A DNA stretch of 56,771 nucleotides, counting the filler, from Sphacelaria rigidula (taxonomy: Eukaryota): assembly GCA_964200075.2 (NCBI GenBank). It is 5 parts of 5 records of this genome, joined end to end, with 100 filler letters (N's around TTAATTAATTAA, not from the genome) between each part and the next. Parts side by side here need not be neighbours in the genome. Positions count along the whole stretch, not along the records: positions 45,500 to 56,771 come from CAXNAA020005134.1; 4 more parts are not named here. The stretch is one strand, 5' to 3'. A program made the translations under genes and the position numbers. How positions within the stretch are numbered: position 1 is the stretch's first letter; every line of letters starts with the position of its first letter. Shown here one piece after another: positions 47,667-56,771 of this stretch. Under the pieces are notes generated by a model, which did not search any database, had not been told where the DNA came from, and worked only from the letters and a program-made list of their open reading frames with translations.

Positions 47667-50600
47667 TCAAAGACCACCGTCACGCTGAAGACGCGAAGCC
47701 TTGAACTTTCGACTGGTGCTTCCTGAACCTTGACTAGCCCCTTTGCCACCTCGACCTCCCTTGGCAGCCCGGTTCCCTCCGCCACTATCTCTTGGGCTAC
47801 CCATGCCACTGCTGGACCCACGACTTCCTTGTCTACCGCTGCCCCCCTTCCGCGCGCCCGAAAACTTGAGTGGCGCGATGGGATTAGGGTAAGCGCTCAC
47901 TGGTACGTTGTGCACATGCCTTAGCATCGTCGTGATTCCACCGGGGGTCTGAAGTATTGGGCAGCGCGCCCAAAGGACCGATATCAATGAGGCAAGAGAC
48001 AACACACCGATGGAGATGGTGACGAGATTTGCGTCAGATACTGATGCACAGCTTGATGCTAAAAGAAGGGGCACTCACCACGAAGAGCTTTTCAAATCTG
48101 AACGCCGCAGCTTCACCACAAGAAGGGGAAAAATCCCCTCACTTCAAGTCACCCCCATGTGTCTAGAACGCTTCAGTGAGAGTGGGCAGAGGAGGAGCAT
48201 TGGCGATGCACATGTTAGCAAGCTTTCAGCCAAATGAGCCTCACCTGCAATGCTGTCGTCGGCAACGCCGCTAATTCTGGCAACCAGTGTCGAATGTACG
48301 CGCCCTCTTGGTCATACGTCTTGGCTTGTTTTTCTATCTGCTTTCAGGAACATACGAGCAGGCCGCATGCAGAAGGACAAGTGGATCAAGAGGAGGGGGC
48401 AGCGACACAACAAGCCTAGTGTCACTGGGGTGTGCACTAGCCGCCAAAACATTATCATGGCATCATCTATGTCTAGAATCCTACTTCAACATACCATGGT
48501 CAGCATGAGTAAGCAACCACGTTACGCGGGGTCACGAACACTTACGAAATCGCCTGTTCTCCCGCCTACATAGAAGCAAACATTTCTGTTCACCCATCTC
48601 GTGACTCACGTTGAAGTACCGGTCCTCCCGTGGATCGCTGCCAACGCCTGCCACATAATTCCAGTTACCCCAGTTTGACGCCGGGTCGTGATCCAAGAGA
48701 TGCTCCTCAAAGTGTTCCGCCCCTAGTCGCCAATCCATTTTCAGGTCCTTGGTGAAGAAGCTCGCCACCACCTGTCGTCCCCTATATCCGGAGCGCGGGG
48801 AATCAAGTTGGCGTTACGTGCAAGAATCGTTTTCAAATTAGTGTAGGCGTGCTTGCCCAACAAGAGCAACGGAGGCCGCATGAATGGAACCATCAGACCG
48901 TTTTCGTACCACCGTCCCTACTCCACTTCGACTGGAACAACACTTCACAATTTCATCCTTGGGATCCGCCCATGAGCAGGGTCAGTTCGGATATCTGCAC
49001 TACGCAAGGCCAACCTCTGGTTGGACATGGTCGTTCGATCGTTTGGGGAGGGAGAGAACGCAATAGATTTGAGCACGGTCGTGTCCACCGATGTTTACCG
49101 CACAGAAATGCCTCGCCGATCACTACCATCATACCTGTTGGACATGAACCCAGAAGCCTTCAGCTCTCGCATATTCGCATCGATGAAGGGGTAGCCCGTC
49201 TCTCCCGCCTTCCAGGCCTCAAACGAACCGACGTCAGAACGCCACTCTTGCCGTTTTGCATCATGCCGAGGCCCTCCAAGATGAAAGATGGAATTGCCGT
49301 TCTTGACTGCGCTGTATCGGAAAAAGTCCCGCCACAAGAGCTCAAAGATCAACCAGTAGGTGGAGTCATTTGCGATTCGCTCTTTCTCGTATTTTCTGAT
49401 CTGCACGTTCAAGAGCGCCAAGGTCAAATCAACCGTGCAAGGCGAAATATCGCTGAAGCACTAACGTAGTTACAGTTGCACAGGACGGAGTGAAGAGGAA
49501 ACTGCGGCAATCGAAGATCGGTGCGATACAATCGAGGATGGAGATGGGAGCCAGCCATCGTCGGAATGTGACAGGTCATACGGTTTCCGTCAGATGATAC
49601 AACGAGGGCACCTATTGCCATCCAACTGTTCTACGGTGTGCTGTGAGTCCTAGCACAACAGGGGCAAAAAGTGCGCTTAACGACACCTTCCTGCACACGC
49701 GCTGTGACTTTTGTCGAATGCTCACGGTAGATAACTTTGCGAACAGCCAGCAGGTGATGTACCTCGCTGACGATCGTCTTCGGCGACAGACAACCGAGCG
49801 CCAACCACGGCGAGAATTTTGACGAAAACTCGCTTCCCAGCAGGCCATTCCGTGTCTCTTTATAACTGCGTAGGCGATCTTCCTCCCAGATGTACTGCCG
49901 CACGCGCTTCAATCCCGCCGTTTCACCCCCGTTGAAGGGCATCACTGCCCTCTCGTCCTTCTCGGGTGCCGGTTCGAACCCCAATTGCTCGACAGTTGGG
50001 ACCTCGGAAATCACCGAAGCGTTTGCATCTTCAAGGGAAGGCAACGGGCGCAATGTGCCTGGGGTAGACACCGGAGTTCGAATTCGGCACTTTTGCTCCA
50101 CCATCTTGCGGAACTGCAGAAAAACGATAGAAAACCGCAGCACACAGATGAAAAGAGTTGGGTGACATTCCGGGTTGGATAGAAGCCCTGGGCGATAGCA
50201 ATGAGCTCAGATCGATACGAGCTGGGCCGGCCAAGCATCTGTCGCCTCCGTCCACAGGCCATGCGCGGCGCAATGTTTTGAAATTCATGGCGAAATTTTG
50301 ACAGCCGAGAAACGTCACATAGGATTACCCTTTCCTAGAAATCAGCAGGGCTTTGGCTTCAATCCAAAGTCGGGTCGATTCAGTGTTTTGGGCTTTCTTC
50401 CAGCTCCTGAAGGTAAATGGTGAAAAGGAGATTTCCTGATTATGAGGAGATGTCAGGCCTCCGTGTTGTTTCTCTGCTGTCTAAACTTCACCAAAAATCG
50501 AAGCCATGCGCCGCGCATAGACGTGTTCGCGTGATGATACTAGCCAAGTGCCCCGGTGGTAGCATGGTCAGACCGTCACTATTAGGCTGGAGAGAATATG

Positions 50601-53600
50601 GGTTCGATTCCCGCCATGAGCGGGGGCTTTTTCTTCGAAATATTGGACTTCATCGTCGAAAGCGTGAGAACGTGATGAGAGATGGGTTGATCCCTTTGAA
50701 GCACGGACCCGCACCGAGGAGGGTGAGTAATTTAGAGTATGATGAAATGAAATGAAAACGTTCGTGTGCAGATACGAGGTCAAGTACAGCACGTGCCCAA
50801 ATGTCCGCCACGTATGATGGTTTTGGTGGGACGATGAACTATCCTTACGTATGCGCAGCGTGAGATTAGCTACTGGGTCGGCGGTATCCGCACTCACAAG
50901 TCCGACACCCCCATCAGGTGCGTTGTACTCTGTGCATTATATGTTGCAAAACCTTGGCCGCCAGACCTCATCTCGCAACAGTATTATTACGGAACCTCTC
51001 TGGTGCCGAACCCGGCGCAACACACTTGCGTGAGTTGCAAGCCGAAATGGTACACTTCAGAGGATAGAGCCGTTGATTTTTCCATGTACGACAGCTTTGA
51101 TGGGACGGTGACGTTCCCACAATCATGTTGTTCTGAAGCAAGGTGTGGAAGCCAAGGAAGCGCCACGTGTAGTACAGAAGGTACAGCGCACCGAGTGGGA
51201 GTGTGGGATATGTGCATGTGGATACCGGGAACCTCGTTGGTTCCCTCACGCTGCGCAGATGTCAAGATATGTCATCGTCCCATCAGTGACATCATACGGT
51301 GCAGGATCGGGGTTACTTTCCTTCTGCAGAATATTTGGGCGTGTGGCGTTCTCTACCCAGTATGTTATCGGCACCACATTGTGCTTTTCGCCACACTTGA
51401 TCGGCATGTTTTTTTTTCATCTCGTCACGCTCCCAATCCTTTCCCTTCCTCGGGACGAGACCGTGGTCTCAAGGAATCAACTCATCTCTCCTCACATCAT
51501 CACCCTTTCCACGGTGGAAATCATATATTTCGAAGGGAACAAAGTGCACCTGGCGGAAATCAAACCCACGTTCTCGTCAGCTTACTGGTGGCAGTCTGAC
51601 CATTAGACCACGGTTTCGACCTGTACTTTACTCACTATATTTCGGCATACGACGTTTACCTTTGAATAAACACCATCAAGTACACTGGGAGCTGTCGGAG
51701 CACACGTGCGGCGATCTCATCATCACGGGGATACGTTTACTTGGCGACATGCCGCCGCGGTTCTTGAGATATGTTCGGTGGAAGGTTTTCAGTTCGCAGG
51801 CCGACCGTGCTCGTACTAGACTGTGTTCATTTTTCATGTGAACTAGATCTTCCTTTCGCCTGGGATAGTTTCCTTCGGTAGCTGACAAGGGAGAAGATTG
51901 TTGGGCCAACAAGAACCTTTCACACCGTGGACAATAGACGGCGTATATTGCGATAGCAATAGAATCTGCTGCAGTGGATGCCTATATTACCGTCCGTAAT
52001 GGCCATCGACCGGCAAGTTTCTCTTTCTATTATCGTAGGCAACGTCTATCGATAGACCAGTTTCCCACACTCTTGTCTGGGCAGCAGTCTGTTGTAGCCC
52101 TGCACCGAAACCTATTGCGGCCGACCAAATGCATCGATCGATAGCTTTACAAACCCTTTGATGACGGCAATGACTATCGATAGACCGCGGGCCAAATATA
52201 TTGATCATGACGATGGCCATTGACAGATTGTATTCCAAATCTATTGATGACGAAATTACTATTGTTAGATTGCGTATAAATCCATGCATTGCGGCAATGA
52301 ATACCGGTAGATACATACCGGAATCTAATGTAGTATTCAATGCCTACCTATAGATACTATCTGCCGTCCATCATCACACCTACATCGCAACATACCATGT
52401 ATAGAGCATATTACACTCCGTGAAGGTACGGTAGAGGAGCCGCAGGTGGACATGCAGTGGGTACATAATGATACTACTTGTGAATATATGACATCACGTT
52501 TCTACAACTTTGGAACGCTTGTACTTGGAAGGAATCCGCGATATGTAACAACCAAATGTTTACAACTTTTGCTGTTGGTGTGGTGTTCGTACTTTGATGG
52601 ACATGAGCGCTTACAGTACTTTTGTGTGCGGTTGAGATGTGCTTATACCCTGGACAATGGACTAGGTAGTAGAACATTGGCGCTGCAATAGCCCCGAAAA
52701 TTTGACTGTCAATGTTGACTGTCAGTCACAATCGACTGGCAACAAAATCTATCGATAGCTTTTGTAGGCGATAATAGATTCGGAACAAGGGACCGAATGT
52801 ATCATTGGCGTGACAATGGAGGGGCCAACCTGTCTATAAATACATGTTACTCGTTGCAATAGGCTCTGAATTGTGGCCACCAATGTCTATTGCTCATCAC
52901 AATAGGACCTGCCACGCGGCCACCAAAACATTTTGTTGGTCACGAAAAGATATCAATTGCGCCCACCAATTCCTATTGAATGTCACGATAGAATCTGACT
53001 AGCGGCCACCAATGTCTACCGCTTGTCACAAAGTAAGCTGAATCGCGGCCACGAATATCTATTGCTGACCACAAGAGTAGCTGAATGTCGTCGATCACTA
53101 GCGCGATGTATACACATCTTTCGGTGTATGTCTCCACCTTATTCCAAAGAAGCCGTGGTCAGTCAGCTACCGCCTCAGGCCGTTGCGTGTTCATGTATAT
53201 GGGATATTGCCGTTGATGTCATGAGACCACTGCAGTGAGCAATCTATTTTCAAAACCCATCGTTGGCGTCACTGGTTATCGATAGGTGCTCCCGAGAACA
53301 CGATTGCTGACGGTAATGCCCATATTGTAGAATCCAAAAAATGCATCGTTGGCGGCAGAGGCTAGCGATTGACGGCTCACCAATCTATTGATGGCGATAG
53401 TAGGTACTGATAGATGGCTCACTTAATCTATTGATGACGGCAATGACTACCGATGAATGGCTCACCAAACCCCTTAATTACGGCAACGGCTATCGATATA
53501 TACATCCCACAATCTAATGCGGTACACGATGTCCATCAATAGCGAGTGATCTTCATCCATTGTAATTGTCATACGCTATCGATCGACTATTGCAATGTCT

Positions 53601-53956
53601 GTGGTCCCTTGCAATACATGTCAATTTATGTGTTTCGATAATATATATCTCGATAGATTCCTCCCCGTGTCTATTGCTGAAGCAATAGACTATTTTTGTG
53701 TCTTTCGTCCAGAGTGTGGAACCTTTACACACCAGACTGGGGGCTGACTACTTGCACGAAAACCGCGATGATTCCATCATTTGCGGGAGCCGGGGGGGGG
53801 GGGGGGGGGGGGGGCAGAAAGGGGCCATTCGTCCCCGCGGGGGGCAGAGGCCGAACCGGGGTAACAATGTGGGGGGCACCGGGAGGGNNNNNNNNNNTGG
53901 GGGTGGCTGTGGGGTGGGGTGGGGGGGCAGGGGGGGGTGGTGGGTGGGGGCCCGGT

Positions 53957-53994
<38 letters not shown>

Positions 53995-54373
53995 AACGTG
54001 CGCATTAGTACCCGCGGGCGGAACATGACGCACCTGTGTAAAAATGTCGGGGACACCGTGAGGGAAATCGAAGGGCAGGTCACCTAGGTGATGCAAAGTG
54101 TTCCCCCAGACTTCTTCAACCGCAACTGGAGGGCCCGTCAACGCCATCAAAGCTCGTGTGACCGCAGCGTGCACGTCAATCTCCTCCGAGCAGACGTCTG
54201 TGTGGGCGTAGAGTGTGGTAGCCGTCGATTGGTCACCTAGCTTCTCTACAAGGTCAGGGATGACGTCTTCTGGGTGCCCGCAGCGGATGATGAGGTCGGA
54301 TCCCCTGTCTCGTAAACGAGACCGAAGGTCAGCGACACTCTCCAAGAGGAAGCGGCAGCGCGACGCCGACATC
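47667..54373 (-). CDS. CRY-DASH: Cryptochrome DASH (photolyase/cryptochrome family), 5'-partial
   Basis: Phase-consistent exons 54373-54034, 50113-49763, 49400-49135, 48781-48610, 48337-48245, 47948-47667; motifs [115 protein letters not shown]-terminal exon(s) not found in contig. Confidence 0.96.
50548..50728 (+). mobile_element. SINE family A, short form (intronic)
   Basis: A/B boxes GGTGGTAGCATGG / GGTTCGATTCC; lacks the central ~100 bp of the long copies. Confidence 0.75.
51409..51613 (-). mobile_element. SINE family A, short form (intronic)
   Basis: Reverse complement has head, body and poly-A tail of family A with the same central segment missing. Confidence 0.75.
51921..53718. mobile_element. 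1798-bp non-autonomous DNA transposon with perfect 8-bp TSD and ~43-bp internal repeats
   Basis: TSD GAACCTTT at 51913-51920 and 53719-53726; TIRs CACACCGTGGACAATAGAC / GTCTTTCGTCCAGAGTGTG; ~43-bp repeats at ~52875, 52917, 52959, 53002, 53046. Confidence 0.85.
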
Positions 54374-54429
54374 CTGTTCGTTCCGCGCCTTTCGATGGGC
54401 AAACGCACAGTTACGATGTGGTCACGTGG

Positions 54430-54974
54430 TTCAATCGTGGGATCTTTCGGAGCTCCTCAACAGGTGGACCATGCACAATTTCGATGGTGTCATGTATGGA
54501 TCACTTCTGAAGTCTCCTTCTCTGTCCTCTGTTTCTTTCCCTGTCTCTCTTTTTCTTTCTCCATCGCTTTTTTATGTGTCATTTTCTCCCGGTGTAAGCA
54601 AGTCGCATTGTGTGCATCACTTCTTCATGGCTCATGGGTGAGTGCTGTCCACCAGGATAGTTGTCCGGAATAGACCAGCCGCGACCTGTCCACACGCCTT
54701 CCTGCTATTTATCGATCGGATACAACATATGTGCTGTTGTGCGAGACCTTTTCCATCCGCCTGTTCCAGGGGCCAGTCATATGTAGCTTTTTTGTTTTGC
54801 CCTTTCCGTTTCCAGTGTACTCTCCGCCTCTGTTCCACCTTTCTGTTTTCTTTACCTTCTTTCAGTAAGTGTTTCCGTTTTGTTTATCTCGGGTACGTCT
54901 GTCATATGAACACGGCTTGGCTGGATCCATGGGGGATTACTCCATGTGCGACAATCAATTGAATCAATCGATCA
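54430..54974 (+). mobile_element. 3' part of a (CAAT)n-tailed non-LTR retroposon
   Basis: Pyrimidine-rich body ending GGGGGATTACTCCATGTGCGACAATCAATTGAATCAATC; homologous to the 9993 and 20716 copies; 5' limit approximate. Confidence 0.6.
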
Positions 54975-56387
54975 CATTAGGTTGGGATGATGAACTGCTA
55001 CTCGAGGGCGTGGGGCCGTTGGCTACTGGAAATCTTATTCCGAAGGTTATCTATCGACGTCGAGTTCTTCAACGTATTGTAGAAGCTTGCGTTTTGACGG
55101 TGCAAGACGTACAGACATCAAGACTGAAGTGGCAACTTTACTGAATTCCGTCCGACTTCGACCAACGCAACCTCCCTGGAGTAATGGCAAAGAGGCTCAT
55201 ATATAACAACAGCAGTAAAACTGAGGCGAATGTGAAGTAGTTTACACAGCACCGCGGTAGGCTTCCCTCGCCATCACGTCGACTTTACACAACTTAACTT
55301 GGGAAACCTAGTGTACCGCTCTTGTTTGTAGGTGTGTAAGTCTTCTTGTCCAGTGTTTCAGACATGAAACGAATCATGGTTCGTCCATGGTCATGTCATG
55401 CACGAATGATACAAGCAAATCGTGTGAAAAAACGTCAAGTTATGGTTCGTAGAGTACGACCCCTTCCACATCTTCACCGTGAATGCGTACGGGACGAGGG
55501 ACATTCCAACATCTTCACCCCCCTGATTTGTACGCCTCTACAGCGCTGCGAGGGCACGCAGTGTTTGGAGCTCGAAAACTGCACTAGGACTTATTTGACC
55601 CGAAGCGAGTCGGGACAAAGATCTTCCGAATTTTCCAACAAAAAGTGGTGCAGATGACTTTCGGGACGGGTATCACGGAGATCTAGGGGGCTCTTACCTA
55701 CAATCCAGACCATAAAAACCTGCTTCGCTCAAAAAAGGCTCATGGGGGGATGCTGCACATATTGCTGTCTATGACCCACCATATCGCAGTTGTAACAGCT
55801 CGTTGTTTCCACCATATTGCAGGAATACTGCGGTCTTTTCAAGGCCATATCGCTGCTGTACTACGTTATATCCGAGGAACAGATGACCGCTCAAGCAGGA
55901 CCTGGGCTGTGCACTGTACAGCAACTCAGAGGCATGTATGCTAAAGCCTTGGGGTGTATAGATGTCGTGGCCCGCAGCTGCGAATCAGTCGTTGGGGACG
56001 ATGCAACGACAGGCAGTACACAGCGCAGCGCGATGTACGATCAAAAGGTGCAAGGTGCTGCCCCGTCGATTTTCTAGCTATGCAAGCTACCGGGTTGTTT
56101 GTGATTCAGAGAGTGTTTCCTGCAGCTAGCGTAATAAACTAGTGGAATGGGGCGCTGCTGTCTCTTGTGCTGTAACGTGCCCTCACCGCAACAGCAGGCT
56201 ACAGTCAAGTGCATGTGGACAATGTAAACGCACATCATGTGTTCTGCTTCGCCGACAGAAATCACGTCTTTCTAGAATGCGGACAGCAGGGAAACCATGA
56301 CGATAACCCTCCTCGATCCGCATATTGGTCCCACGTGATGGTTCAGTTGAGTACCCAACGTGCGATTCAGCAGCTGCTACCGCCGCC

Positions 56388-56708
56388 GCGCCCCGGTGGT
56401 GTAATGGTCCGACTGTCGTCATGAGGGTAATGAGAACGAAGGTTCGATTCCCGATGCATTGGGTTTTTTCTTCACAGTATCTGACTTCCGCCGTGGGAAG
56501 CGTGAGAGCATGAGTAAACATAGTGGTTGCCTGAGTTTGTGTGACGAAATTTGACGCGGTGGGGGAGCGCTGACCCAATCCGCGAGACCAAAATGCAAGG
56601 CGTGTATCGGGGAAATATGGGATGAGATAGATGCCTTGATCCCTTGGGACCACGGACTCATCCCGAGAAAGGGGAGGGGTTCAAAGTGAGACATATAAAA
56701 AAAAAAAA
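56388..56708 (+). mobile_element. tRNA-derived SINE family A, long form
   Basis: A-box TGGTGTAATGG, B-box GGTTCGATTCC, shared body, poly-A tail. Confidence 0.85.
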
Positions 56709-56771
56709 CGCGGACAAAAACCTCTTCTTGCCCCCCCCGGCCCGCGGCGCTCGGCTCCCCCGACGCCCACC

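Noticed and set aside
53791-54000. Poly-Pro/Gly ORF extension and apparent duplication beside the CRY-DASH exon
   Set aside because: 53811-53887 is a G-biased garbled copy of ~53990-54065 next to a 10-N gap, typical of sequencing error after poly-G. The real exon ends at the donor at 54033.
35462-54373. Functional clustering of IMPase and CRY-DASH
   Set aside because: They lie on different contigs separated by an artificial linker.

Overview
Eukaryotic nuclear DNA, most likely from a brown alga (inferred from intron-rich genes with long TE-filled introns, C/A-rich acceptor tracts, an ASAFAP-like plastid targeting motif and a TTAGGG motif). The window is not one locus. It is five unrelated contigs of 11276, 11276, 11274, 11273 and 11272 bp, joined in size order by 100-bp N44-TTAATTAATTAA-N44 linkers. 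Contig 1 has the first exon of a degenerate SEC11-like signal peptidase (-) head-to-head with a probable plastid-targeted PPR-like gene (+). Contig 2 has a ~5.6-kb array of a ~154-bp dyad-rich satellite (candidate centromeric repeat) plus pseudo-exons and MITEs. Contig 3 has two Helitron-like repeats and a 3.6-kb orphan exon. Contig 4 has a multi-exon inositol monophosphatase-family gene and a 2-kb long-TIR MULE-like element. Contig 5 has a 5'-partial cryptochrome DASH gene whose 3.9-kb intron holds an inverted SINE pair and a 1.8-kb TIR transposon with a perfect 8-bp TSD. At least three tRNA-derived SINE families and several DNA-transposon families recur across contigs. I found no CRISPR array or clearly new multi-gene system. 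The best leads are the satellite and the CACAC-TIR transposon family.
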